A DNA stretch of 64,000 nucleotides, from assembly GCA_963744145.1 (NCBI GenBank), contig CAVUSO010000001.1, positions 5,408,001-5,472,000 of the forward strand. The letters run 5' to 3'. This document shows positions 1 through 10,008 of this stretch, one piece after another. Each line of letters begins with the position of its first letter. Within the stretch, counting starts at the first letter, position 1. The position numbers and the translations under genes were made by a program. The notes under the pieces were generated by a model that worked only from the letters and a program-made list of their open reading frames with translations, had not been told where the DNA came from and did no database searches. Source of the DNA: an uncultured cyanobacterium (GTDB lineage: Bacteria; Cyanobacteriota; Cyanobacteriia; Cyanobacteriales; CAWUOF01).

Positions 1-235
1 CGCACCTCAGAACTCTCCACCCTCAAACAATGGATTTTACAACAACACACTCGTCTGATTACTATCTATGGCTTAAGTGGAATTGGTAAAAGCGCGATCG
101 CTCTCAAAGTGATCGAACAAATCTAAACTGAATTTGATTATCTGAGCTGGAAAAGTGCCAGGAGAAGGGCGATCGATGTTTCACGTTAATTCCGTATTCA
201 AAGCCTATATTCAGTCCCAATTAAATCGGCTCTAA
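1..235 (+). pseudogene. Remnant of an NB-ARC/STAND ATPase gene (5' part lies outside the window)
   Basis: Frame 1 reads RTSELSTLKQWILQQHTRLITIYGLSGIGKSAIALKVIEQI with a Walker A (GLSGIGKS). An in-frame TAA at 124-126 follows, then TEFDYLSWKS, and the rest of the domain is missing. Confidence 0.65.
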
Positions 236-292
236 CCTCTGGATAGTTTCACCCCAAAAAAGCAATTAAACCACAGAATTGCTAGGATCAAT

Positions 293-877
293 TTATGGCA
301 TCAACAATTTCATAAAATCATTCACGGCATCATATTGATCAGACATCCGCGAATAAAATTCGATCAATCTCAAATCTAACTCTGGCAAAAGTTCACTCTT
401 ACTTACCAATTCATATCCAGTAGAACGCAAACAATAAACTGAAATCACTCCATCTTCCCAAAACCAAACTTCCCCTACTCCCACTCGTCGATAAATTTCT
501 AATGTATCAATTCCACCGCTTGTTACTATCACTTCAATTGCTAAATCTGGAACTGACTTTCTTGTACCCAAACAATAAGACTCATCAGGTTCTTTCCTTG
601 CTCCCAATTCCTTCATTCCAATTGTTGTACTACCACGTCCATAAAAACGAATGTTTTTTATTCGCATATAGATCTCTAAAATCTGACCTAAAGTATTTTT
701 CGGTTCTTCATGAGCATCAGATAAGGGAGCCATAATTTCTAAATAGCCATCTAAATAAGTTAAACGTGCGCCAGTTTCTGCTAACTCTACATCCAACTTT
801 TCCAAAGTCTCCCAGGTCACATTTGACAGTAATGCTCCACTTTTACCTAATGGTTTTTGAGAAGTTGCGATAACCAT
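293..877 (-). CDS. Uma2 family (DUF820) PD-(D/E)XK endonuclease-like protein
   Basis: Motifs EPDESY, PDLAIEV and GVGEVWFW. Confidence 0.9.
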   Translation of the reverse strand: MVIATSQKPLGKSGALLSNVTWETLEKLDVELAETGARLTYLDGYLEIMAPLSDAHEEPKNTLGQILEIYMRIKNIRFYGRGSTTIGMKELGARKEPDESYCLGTRKSVPDLAIEVIVTSGGIDTLEIYRRVGVGEVWFWEDGVISVYCLRSTGYELVSKSELLPELDLRLIEFYSRMSDQYDAVNDFMKLLMP

Positions 878-1010
878 CTGATTTACCGTTGATAACCACT
901 GTTTAAGTATAGCTAATTTTTAGTGCGATCGCCATTTTCATTCCTTAGTATAATTAATAAAAAACGGGCATATAAATATACGCCCGGATCACAACTTACT
1001 GAAAAAAACC

Positions 1011-2525
1011 TTAAGCTGCTAAATTTTCACTCACGACTCGGACTAAATTTTCTGTCCAATAATGAGCTAGTTCTAAACTGATCGCTTCCACCATTACCCG
1101 AATTACAGGTTCAGTTCCAGAAGCTCTTACCAAAATTCGTCCCTGATCTCCCATTGCTGTTTCTGCTTGGGCGATCGCTTCCATGAGAGGTTCACATTTT
1201 TGCCAATTCACCCGACGTTCCCGATCTTCTACGCGCACATTTTTCAATAACTGGGGATAAGTTTGAAAACTTTCATCCCGAAGTTCGGCTAAAGAACCAC
1301 CCGACTGCTGGACTAATGAAGCTAAATGTAAAGCAGTCATCAATCCATCACCAGTCACCCCATAATGTCTACAAAGAATATGACCAGATTGCTCTCCTCC
1401 GAGCATTCCTCCTAAACGGAGCATTTCTGCATGGACATATTGATCTCCTACCGCAGTACGAATCAATTTACCACCTAGCTGTTCCCAGGCTCGCTCAAAA
1501 CCTAAATTTGCCATTACTGTCGAAACAATCACATTACCCGGTAATTGCCCACGCTGATGCAGGGTTTTTCCCCATAAATATAAAATATAATCACCATCAA
1601 CACATCGACCTTGACTATCAACTGCCAAAACTCGATCTGCATCACCATCAAAAGCAAATCCTAAATCGGCATTATGCAATTTAACTGCTGTTTGGAGCGG
1701 TTCGAGATGAGTAGAACCACAACCCACATTAATGCGATCGCCATTAGGTTGATTATGTAAGCAGGTCACCTTAGCTCCCATTGCTTGAAAAACTCGAGGA
1801 GCGATCCCGACTGCTGCACCCCAAGCTAAATCTAAGACAATCTGCATTCCCTCTAAATTAATTTCTGGGACTAGGGGTTGCTGTAAAGACTTGATATAGT
1901 CCTCCACTAATTTCGGTCGGTGGTAATGCTTTCCCCAGTCATGATTATTACTAGGACTTACTTTTCCTCTTAATCCTGCTTCGATTTGTGCTTGAATCGA
2001 TGGAGATAACTTACTACCATTCTGACCAAAAAACTTAATCCCGTTATCTTCTGGGGGATTATGACTAGCAGAGATCATCACTCCACCCACACCTTCATAT
2101 TCTCTAGTCAGATAAGCGACACAGGGAGTTGGACATAACCCTAAATTCCATACTTCTAAACCAGCAGCCGTTAACCCAGCAGACAATGCTACTGCTAGCA
2201 TATCACTCGATTTACGTGAGTCCTGACCTAAAATAATTGGCCCTGAAGTGGTCGCCTGCTCCTTTAGCACTTGACCTCCCCAGAAACCCACTTGTAAAGC
2301 TAGAGATACCGTCAGTAACTCTCCTACTTTTCCCCGAATCCCATCTGTTCCAAATAAAGGTGTTGTCGGTAAATTAGTTAAGGTTTCCGTAAAAATTGCT
2401 CTTTGTTCTGGACTAAAATTAAGGTGTGTTGTTGATTGTTCACTATTAGTACCAGAACTCTCAACCAAAGACAGAGCGGTACTTAGAGAGCTAGAATCAG
2501 GAAAATTGGCCACAGATTTAACCAT
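1011..2525 (-). CDS. glmM: Phosphoglucosamine mutase
   Basis: [16 protein letters not shown] (phosphoserine), FDGDADR, GGEQSGH, RASGTEP. Start is probably the ATG at 2525 (the ORF track extends to 2573). Confidence 0.93.
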   Translation of the reverse strand: MVKSVANFPDSSSLSTALSLVESSGTNSEQSTTHLNFSPEQRAIFTETLTNLPTTPLFGTDGIRGKVGELLTVSLALQVGFWGGQVLKEQATTSGPIILGQDSRKSSDMLAVALSAGLTAAGLEVWNLGLCPTPCVAYLTREYEGVGGVMISASHNPPEDNGIKFFGQNGSKLSPSIQAQIEAGLRGKVSPSNNHDWGKHYHRPKLVEDYIKSLQQPLVPEINLEGMQIVLDLAWGAAVGIAPRVFQAMGAKVTCLHNQPNGDRINVGCGSTHLEPLQTAVKLHNADLGFAFDGDADRVLAVDSQGRCVDGDYILYLWGKTLHQRGQLPGNVIVSTVMANLGFERAWEQLGGKLIRTAVGDQYVHAEMLRLGGMLGGEQSGHILCRHYGVTGDGLMTALHLASLVQQSGGSLAELRDESFQTYPQLLKNVRVEDRERRVNWQKCEPLMEAIAQAETAMGDQGRILVRASGTEPVIRVMVEAISLELAHYWTENLVRVVSENLAA

Positions 2526-2845
2526 AAAATCACTCACTCCACACATAATCAGACTCACAGTGGAGAATAACATTTCTATGAGCTATGCCAAGTTAAACAG
2601 TCTTTGGTTGGCAATTCCGGATGGAAAAATGAAAAGGACTTAGCCCAATTTTTAAGCGATCGCCCAGCTTAAATAAATAGGTAATTAAGGAGATGGGATG
2701 GTATTTTGATCGTAAATTTCCGTAAAATGTCTAGCGACCTTTATGATAAATGAACAAAGATAACAGTGTAGTAGCTTTTAGCAACCCAACTCCAAGGGTT
2801 ATAAAAGAATAATCTAGATCCAAATTTCTATTCGGAAGAGCTTTC

Positions 2846-3529
2846 ATGCAGACCAAAGCTTTTAGTGAGCTTTTTCCCCTCTTTAACACGGCTAACCAAG
2901 ACACCTTGGCTTGGCTAGCATCTGTTGCGGTTACCCACGACTATCCAACCGGAAGAGCTGTCTTAATGGAAGATGCGTGGGGCAATGCAGTGTACTTTTT
3001 AGAATCGGGCTGGGTTAAAGTCAGACGTTTAGCTGGGGAAAATGTAGTCACCCTAGCGATTTTGGGGAAAGGTGACTTTTTTGGCGAAATGGCCATTTTA
3101 GATGAATCTCCCCGTTCTACGGATGTCATTGCTCTGAGTCCAGTCCAATTAGTCAGTATCTCCGCCCAGCAATTTCTGCAAGCCCTATTTAAAGATACCC
3201 AATTGCACCATCGGATGTTGCAGCTGATGGTAAAGCGTTTGCGTCAAACTAACCATCGCTTTCAACTCCGTAATCGACCACCAGCGGTGAAACTAGCCAA
3301 CACATTAGTTTTGCTAGCCGAAAGTTACGGTCAAACTAGCAAACAAGGGGCAGAAATTTATAATATTCCCTATAACGATTTAGCTGATGTTACCGATATT
3401 GGGGTCGAAGAAACTGCCAAAATTATCGAAAAGCTAGAAAGTAAAGGTTGGATTAAAATCAATGCCACCAATCAGACTATGAATTTGATCAACCTCAAAC
3501 AGTTAATTAACTTAGCTGGGCATATGTAA
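2846..3529 (+). CDS. Crp/Fnr family transcriptional regulator
   Basis: cNMP-binding domain (GDFFGEMA...PRS) plus a C-terminal HTH. Confidence 0.9.
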   Translation: MQTKAFSELFPLFNTANQDTLAWLASVAVTHDYPTGRAVLMEDAWGNAVYFLESGWVKVRRLAGENVVTLAILGKGDFFGEMAILDESPRSTDVIALSPVQLVSISAQQFLQALFKDTQLHHRMLQLMVKRLRQTNHRFQLRNRPPAVKLANTLVLLAESYGQTSKQGAEIYNIPYNDLADVTDIGVEETAKIIEKLESKGWIKINATNQTMNLINLKQLINLAGHM

Positions 3530-5329
3530 ATGACAGAAGCAACCAAAATTCGCCCTAGTAGTAGCTTAAGCACTAAACCAACCATATCCTACCAGGTTGC
3601 CATGCCTGAGCCGGAAACTCATCTCTTTGCAGTAACTTTACAAGTTCACAACTTTCAAGCACCAATTCTGGATCTAAAAATGCCAGTTTGGACTCCAGGA
3701 TCATATTTAGTTCGGGAGTATGCTAAACATCTTCAAGATTTTTCGGCTCAAAATCATGAGAATAAATCTCTACCTTGGCAAAAAGTAAGTAAAAATCATT
3801 GGCAAATTCAAACTCAGGGAAATGCTAAGGTCGTCGTGCGTTATCGGATTTTTGCCAATGAGCTAACTGTCCGAACTAACCATCTCGATTCTACCCACGG
3901 TTATTTTAATGGTTCTGCACTATTTTTTGATATTCCAGGGTTAGAAAAAAATCCGATCCAGATCAAAATAGTCCCACCACAACCAGGGTGGCGAGTGACT
4001 ACACCATTGTCAAGTCTGGGAGAAGCAAATACTTTCTTTGCTCCCGATTTTGATACCCTAGTAGATAGTCCCTTTGAGATTGGTAAACATAATTTATATA
4101 ACTTTGAAGTGTTGGGTAAACCCCACGAATTGGTGATTTGGGGACAGGGAAATCTTGAACCTAAACGCGCGATCGCTGATATCCAGAAAATTATTCAGGT
4201 AGAATCCGAAATGTTTGGCGGTTTACCCTATAATCGCTATGTATTTCTCCTCCATTTATCTGCTCAAGGATATGGTGGACTGGAACATAAAGACTCCTGT
4301 ACTTTAAATTATCCTCGGTTTGGATTTCGAGCCAAAGATCAGTATGAGCGGTTTATGCAACTGGTAGCGCATGAATTTTTTCACCTCTGGAATGTGAAGA
4401 GAATTCGACCGAAAGAGTTAGAAGTATTTAATTATAACGGCGAAAATTATACTACTTCTCTGTGGTTTTGTGAAGGCACAACGAGTTATTATGACTTGGT
4501 GTTTCCCTTACGAGCTGGAATTTATGATGGGAAAACGTTTTTCAATTTGTTAAGCAAAGAAATAACTCGATTGCAAACTACACCTGGTCGATTAGTTCAA
4601 CCATTAAGCGAATCTAGTTGGGATACATGGATTAAACTATATCGACCTGATGCTAATAGTAATAATTCCCAGATATCCTACTATTTGAAAGGGGAATTGG
4701 TGTCGGTATTGTTAGATTTGTTGATTCGTTACCGACAGGAAAATCAGCGATCGCTAGATCAGGTAATGCAAAAAATGTGGCAGGAATTTGGTCAAACGGA
4801 AAGAGGTTTTACTCCCACCCAATTACAAAATGCGATCGAGTCAGTCGCAGGGATAAATTTAGATGATTTTTTTGCTCGCTATATTCATGGTACAGAAGAA
4901 TTACCCTTTAACGAATACCTGGAACCCTACGGATTGCAACTAGAACAAGATCATCCCAGTGAACTAGCACCATATTTAGGGATAAATGTCAAGACTGAAA
5001 ACGGACGAGAAATAATTAAATTTGTCGAATCTGGTTCACCTGCTCAACGAGCGGGAATTGACCCAGGTGATGAATTGTTAGCGATAAATGGGATACGGGT
5101 CAGTGCAGAAAACCTCAGCGATCGACTCAAAGACTATCAATCCGGAGATCAGATTAAAATAGCGTTATTCCATCAAGATGAACTCCGTCACTATCACGTT
5201 ACCTTAACTACTTCAAGCCCAAAAACCTGGAAAATTGTCCCAGTTACCCAGCCCAACCCAACCCAAAAAACCCGCTTTCTGGGGTGGTTAGGGACACCTT
5301 TAACCAAAGTATTTAACTTGGAAATTTGA
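3530..5329 (+). CDS. M61 family metallopeptidase (glycyl aminopeptidase) with PDZ domain
   Basis: MPVWTPGSY, GGLEH, HEFFH zinc motif and a C-terminal PDZ (SPAQRAGI..GDELLAING). Confidence 0.92.
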   Translation: MTEATKIRPSSSLSTKPTISYQVAMPEPETHLFAVTLQVHNFQAPILDLKMPVWTPGSYLVREYAKHLQDFSAQNHENKSLPWQKVSKNHWQIQTQGNAKVVVRYRIFANELTVRTNHLDSTHGYFNGSALFFDIPGLEKNPIQIKIVPPQPGWRVTTPLSSLGEANTFFAPDFDTLVDSPFEIGKHNLYNFEVLGKPHELVIWGQGNLEPKRAIADIQKIIQVESEMFGGLPYNRYVFLLHLSAQGYGGLEHKDSCTLNYPRFGFRAKDQYERFMQLVAHEFFHLWNVKRIRPKELEVFNYNGENYTTSLWFCEGTTSYYDLVFPLRAGIYDGKTFFNLLSKEITRLQTTPGRLVQPLSESSWDTWIKLYRPDANSNNSQISYYLKGELVSVLLDLLIRYRQENQRSLDQVMQKMWQEFGQTERGFTPTQLQNAIESVAGINLDDFFARYIHGTEELPFNEYLEPYGLQLEQDHPSELAPYLGINVKTENGREIIKFVESGSPAQRAGIDPGDELLAINGIRVSAENLSDRLKDYQSGDQIKIALFHQDELRHYHVTLTTSSPKTWKIVPVTQPNPTQKTRFLGWLGTPLTKVFNLEI

Positions 5330-5389
5330 ACTACTTCTAGCCACAAATGTCTTAAAATATTCTAGCAAGATGTTTATTTGGATCAAACT

Positions 5390-5884
5390 ATGCAATCACC
5401 TCCTCCTCCATCCATTACTCCCCGTCAAATGAACCTACTCCGAATCGTTGTTTCTATGGCTTGGGCTGATGGTCATTTAGCTGAAGAAGAAAAAGAATTA
5501 ATGCTCGATCGCTTTACCCACATATTTGCTACAGATGTTCAACATCAGCAACTAATTCAACAAGAACTGCAAGGTTATCTAATTCAAAATATCCCTTTAG
5601 AAGAATTAATTCCCCATTTGCAAACCGACGCAGAAAAAGAGTTAGTTTTAATGCTAGGTTATGAAGTAATCGCAGTTAGTTCCAGAACCCCAGAAGAAGA
5701 TAAAATTAATCAGGAAGAAGCAAAAGCTTATCAAAAACTGGTTCAATTGCTCAACTTACCTCCTGAATTAGTTAAACAGATCGAAACTCAATTGGCTAGC
5801 GAACAGCGTAGTCAATCGGGAATGATTGATAAATTAGTTAACAAGTTAGGACAATTTGTGAAAAGTCAGCATAAAAATAACTGA
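5390..5884 (+). CDS. TerB-like (tellurite resistance family) protein
   Basis: MAWADGHLAEEE motif typical of TerB-like domains. Confidence 0.75.
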   Translation: MQSPPPPSITPRQMNLLRIVVSMAWADGHLAEEEKELMLDRFTHIFATDVQHQQLIQQELQGYLIQNIPLEELIPHLQTDAEKELVLMLGYEVIAVSSRTPEEDKINQEEAKAYQKLVQLLNLPPELVKQIETQLASEQRSQSGMIDKLVNKLGQFVKSQHKNN

Positions 5885-6011
5885 GAAGCGCAAAATTAAT
5901 CCTACCTGATCACTAACTAAATTTGGTGCAACTCAAGATTATTGCGGATCAAGATCACGTAAATAGTAATTAGCCGATCGAATAGCTTTCCTTTAACTTT
6001 TCCAACAGGTT

Positions 6012-6988
6012 CTAAATACTCATTGCTAACATCCGTTGAATGGGTTGTAGTGCTGCTAAACGGGTTTCTTCGGGAAGCGTAATTTCTGGAGTACGGTTTT
6101 TCATGGCTAAATAAAGCTTTTCCAGAGTATTCAGACGCATATGAGGACACTCATTACAACTACACTGGTTCATGGGTGGTGCGGGAATGAAGTGTTTCTC
6201 TGGTGCTTGTTTTTGCATTTGATGAATAATTCCGGGTTCAGTAGCAACAATAAAACTCGAACTGGAACTGGAGCAAGCATATTTTAAGAGTGCAGTAGTA
6301 GAACCAATATAGTCTGCATGACGTAATACTGGTGGCTCACATTCTGGATGAGCAATCACTTCAGCATCGGGATGGACAATTTTCAGCTCGACAATTTTCT
6401 GTTCGGAAAATGTTTCATGGACGATACAACTACCTTGCCATAACACCATCTCTCTACCAGTCTGCTCCATTACATATCTCCCTAAATTACGATCTGGAGC
6501 AAAAATAATTGGTTGATCAGCGGGAATTTGATTAACAATTTTGACCACATTAGAACTGGTGCAAATAATGTCACTGAGAGCTTTAATATCGGCAGTACAG
6601 TTGATATAAGAAATGACTAAATGATTGGGATGGGCAGCTTTAAAAGCTGCAAAAGCATCTTTGGGACAACTATCAGCGAGGGAACAACCAGCTTTTAGAT
6701 CGGTAAAAGTACCAGTTTATTCGGGTTGAGAATTTTGGCAGTTTCTGCCATAAAGTGGACACCCGCAAAGACAATCACATCCGCATCGGTGTTGGCTGCT
6801 TTACGGGAAAGCTCTAGAGAATCACCAATGTAGTCAGCCACATCTTGAATATCAGGATCTTGGTAATAATGGGCTAAAACCACGGCATTCAGCTTTTTTT
6901 TCTCTTCTTCAATGAGAGTAAACAGATCCTGGTGGACTGGAATTGTAGTTTTGAGACTATCTTCGGAACGGATTAGAGTGGTAAACAC
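6012..6988 (-). pseudogene. nadA: Quinolinate synthase A, split by a 1-nt frameshift near 6701
   Basis: The N-part (AHYYQ...[21 protein letters not shown]) and C-part ([12 protein letters not shown]...YINCTA...CIVHE...HPEC...CPHM) are contiguous but one base out of frame. Confidence 0.88.
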
Positions 6989-7181
6989 AGTTTAAAGTTT
7001 GAATAGGGTTATTTAAGATAATTATAGTTTTTTTTACCAAAATTTGCACTTAACTGAACTTGATCCTGAAAATTTTTCAGAATTTATATACAATTTGGAG
7101 AGAAAAATAGAATTTTCTACTGAAATATGGCTAAAACCCATATATAATAAAGATTTAAGCCTATTTCTATCCCTTTATTCT

Positions 7182-8150
7182 ATGCCTTATCTAGAAACTA
7201 CTGCCCAGTTTTACGCCCAAGCTGCTCAAACCCCTCAAATTGGACTTTGTTGTGCTAGCACTCCGCCACTCCAATTACCAGGGTTAAAGATTCCGAAAAT
7301 TATGCAGCAGATGAACTATGGCTGCGGCTCAACGGTGCATCCAACCGAGTTATTTGGAGAACCTACAATCCTATATATTGGCATTGGTGGAGGAATAGAA
7401 GCGCTTCAGTTTGCTTATTTTTCTCGTAAACCAGCAGGTGTGATTGCAGTTGAGCCGATTTCAGAAATGCGAACAGTAGCTGCCCACAATTTACAGATAG
7501 CTGCCGAAGATAACAATTGGTTTAATCCCGATTTTGTCAAAATTTTGGTAGGGGATGCCTTTACATTACCAGCACCAGATAACTCAGTGGATGTGGTAGC
7601 ACAAAACTGTTTGTTCAATATCTTTGAACCTGATGATCTGCAACGAGCCCTGCTTGAAGCTAATCGAGTGTTGAAACCTGGTGGAAGGTTAATTATGAGT
7701 GATCCGATCGCCACTCGTCCGATTCCACCAGAACTCCAGCAAGATGAACGGTTACGCGCTATGTGTTTATCCGGGGCACTTACTTATGATGAATATATCC
7801 AGCACCTAATTGCGATCGGGTTTGGGCAGATCGAGATTCGCGCTCGTCGTCCCTATCGTCTGTTAGATACCCACAATTACAATTTGGATACCCCCCTATT
7901 ACTGGAAAGTCTAGACTCCGTTTCTTTTAAAATACCTGTTCCAGAAGATGGAGCTTGCGTATTTACAGGTAAAACTGCCATTTATGCAGGTGCTGAATCC
8001 CTACTAAATGATCAGGCTGGACATTTACTACAACCGGGTATTCCTTTAGCAGTTTGTGACAAAACAGCAGCCAAACTTGCTCGGCAATTTCCACAAGATG
8101 TGATCATTACAGACTCCACTTGGCATTATCATGGTGGCGGATGCTGTTAA
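7182..8150 (+). CDS. arsM: ArsM-like SAM-dependent methyltransferase (cyanobacterial arsenite methyltransferase type)
   Basis: Begins MPYLETTAQFY..GLCC; contains NYGCG, NCLFN and the AMCLSGA cysteine; ends GGGCC. Start is probably 7182 rather than 7044. Confidence 0.8.
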   Translation: MPYLETTAQFYAQAAQTPQIGLCCASTPPLQLPGLKIPKIMQQMNYGCGSTVHPTELFGEPTILYIGIGGGIEALQFAYFSRKPAGVIAVEPISEMRTVAAHNLQIAAEDNNWFNPDFVKILVGDAFTLPAPDNSVDVVAQNCLFNIFEPDDLQRALLEANRVLKPGGRLIMSDPIATRPIPPELQQDERLRAMCLSGALTYDEYIQHLIAIGFGQIEIRARRPYRLLDTHNYNLDTPLLLESLDSVSFKIPVPEDGACVFTGKTAIYAGAESLLNDQAGHLLQPGIPLAVCDKTAAKLARQFPQDVIITDSTWHYHGGGCC

Positions 8151-8393
8151 AAGAATCGATCATAGGTTGAGCGATCGCGCCGGTCAGAACAAAAAACAAT
8201 TATTAATCAAATCACTTCTGATTCTATCTGCTCAACCTAGCTAATAGTTCATCGCGGTAACCGAACCATATTGATTGTCGATGGTCTATGATTTTAGCTC
8301 GGAATGGACAAGCGATCGCGGTGCTGATGACACTAAACGCTGTTCTAAATACTGAACCATATTGAATTGTAATAGTCTTTTTTCTATGCTAAC

Positions 8394-8587
8394 TTAAAAA
8401 GTAATATTCTCCCATTCTTGAGCTTCAATAAAACGGCTTAAATAGTTAACGTTGGTAGTAGCTATAATCAGAGATTGCCCCGGATATTCTTGTTGAAGGA
8501 GTGCCATTGTTTGCAAAGCAAAGCATCCCCAGAATTTTTAGGAGAGGAAGCTAAACCTAAAATTCCTGTATCTAAAAAAACAATCAT
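8394..8587 (-). pseudogene. PIN-domain (VapC-like) toxin with internal deletion
   Basis: N-terminus MIVFLDTGILGLASSPKNSGDALLCKQW is joined out of frame to a C-terminus ALLQQEYPGQSLIIATTNVNYLSRFIEAQEWENITF*. The start overlaps the stop of the upstream gene. Confidence 0.7.
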
Positions 8588-8826
8588 TCTTTACTAAAGA
8601 GTTTTTGTCCAGAGGGGCGATAACTATCAATAATTTTTTTGACTGCTTCCCAGTGTTGATCATTTTCTCTAGCTTCTTCTTCTGTGATCTCTTCCGCTAG
8701 TTTTCGTTTTAACCATTCCATTAAAGGTTGATTTTTTTCTAATTGTTCTTCTGGGGTTTTACCAAAGTGTTTGAGAGCGGGTGCAAATGAGTATTTCATA
8801 ACTTGATCCAATTGGTTTACTGACAT
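8584..8826 (-). CDS. Small protein, probable antitoxin of the adjacent PIN gene
   Basis: About 80 aa, coupled to the PIN remnant; its C-terminus IIDSYRPSGQKLFS resembles cyanobacterial PIN partners. Confidence 0.6.
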   Translation of the reverse strand: MSVNQLDQVMKYSFAPALKHFGKTPEEQLEKNQPLMEWLKRKLAEEITEEEARENDQHWEAVKKIIDSYRPSGQKLFSKE

Positions 8827-8873
8827 GGTGAAGCATAGAACTGTTTTTAACCCTAGCAATAGCTTACAGCTAT

Positions 8874-9116
8874 TTATTGAGTGAAAGGCGATCGGGCATG
8901 ATCCATCTCGTCGATCGTTTTTGCTTCACGCCAAAATTTTAAACAACCTGCAACATCACTTAAGGTTGTTTCAGCAAAAGCTTTTTTTGGCTTGATTAAA
9001 ATTCCATCACCAGTATCAATCAAAAGTAATTCCTGACCCGCTTCCCAACCGTAAGCTTTCCCCAGAGATGGAGGAATAATCATTTGTCCTTGGTCTGATA
9101 CTCTGATTGTTTCCAT
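8874..9116 (-). CDS. AbrB/MazE/SpoVT family antitoxin (orphan)
   Basis: Pattern METIRVSDQGQMIIP...GWEAGQEL...DGILIKP. Confidence 0.85.
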   Translation of the reverse strand: METIRVSDQGQMIIPPSLGKAYGWEAGQELLLIDTGDGILIKPKKAFAETTLSDVAGCLKFWREAKTIDEMDHARSPFTQ

Positions 9117-9276
9117 ATTAAAATAAACTGCGATAAATTATGGGAGACTCAAGTTTAGTTTAACTTGGCTGGTAGTGAAATTGCTAGACTATGCCACTTG
9201 ATAGTCGTTGGTATTGCACCCTAATTAATTGAGCTAGGCGATCGCATCAAAAAGAAAATAAACAATCAATCCGATT

Positions 9277-9335
9277 GTAGGGGCAGGTTCACCGATCAAT
9301 TCTATCACAAACGAGTAATCATCATAAACCTGCCC
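9277..9335. repeat. REP-like imperfect palindrome (GTAGGGGCAGGTT...AACCTGCCC)
   Basis: Self-complementary ends; an inverted diverged copy lies at 40929-40987. Confidence 0.75.
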
Positions 9336-9591
9336 TCACCCACCGATAAATCCCAAACTACAGATCATCTTAGCAAACGCGATCGCACAGTTCAAAATTC
9401 AGGCGATCGCATAATTATAATTAGATTCATTACTAGGAACTTGCTGTTTTAATACCCACCGCTTTTTTATATTTTTGGACAAAATTTTATCCCATTTCAA
9501 GGTTAAGATAGTTTAATTAATGGGACAACTGGTGGCATAATTAAATTAACTAAATTAAAATAACAGATAAAAACTTTCCCTGGTACAGATA

Positions 9592-10008
9592 ATGGACCCA
9601 ATAACTGCTGGTGCGATCGCACTAATTACTCTGCTGGTCAACAAAACTTTTGAGAAAACGGGCGAAATAGTTGTAAGTAAAGCTTTTGACCAAGCAGGTA
9701 ATGTTCTCAACTTGCTCAAACACAAATCTCCCGAAACTGCCAAAATGATTGCAGCAGCAGAAAATCCTGCTTTACCTCCTGGTGAAACGGTATATATGGA
9801 TGCTGTGGTAGAAAAGGTACAATCAGAAGCCCAACGTGACCCGGAAATTAAGGCAGAGTTGGAAAAATTAGGGGCTATGATCGAAGCAGCGAAAAAGGTA
9901 GATCCGCAATTGGCTAATACTATTAATGAAAATTGGCAGGGGATATGTTTTAAAAATGCTAATCCTACTATTTCTAATAATACTTTTAATTTTGGTGGCA
10001 AAGGATGA
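9592..10008 (+). CDS. Small helical protein (Bell/HeLo-like effector candidate) with a C-terminal N/Q/G-rich motif
   Basis: Hydrophobic N-terminal helix MDPITAGAIALITLL and C-terminal NENWQGICFKNANPTISNNTFNFGG. ATGA overlap with the NLR gene. Confidence 0.7.
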   Translation: MDPITAGAIALITLLVNKTFEKTGEIVVSKAFDQAGNVLNLLKHKSPETAKMIAAAENPALPPGETVYMDAVVEKVQSEAQRDPEIKAELEKLGAMIEAAKKVDPQLANTINENWQGICFKNANPTISNNTFNFGGKG

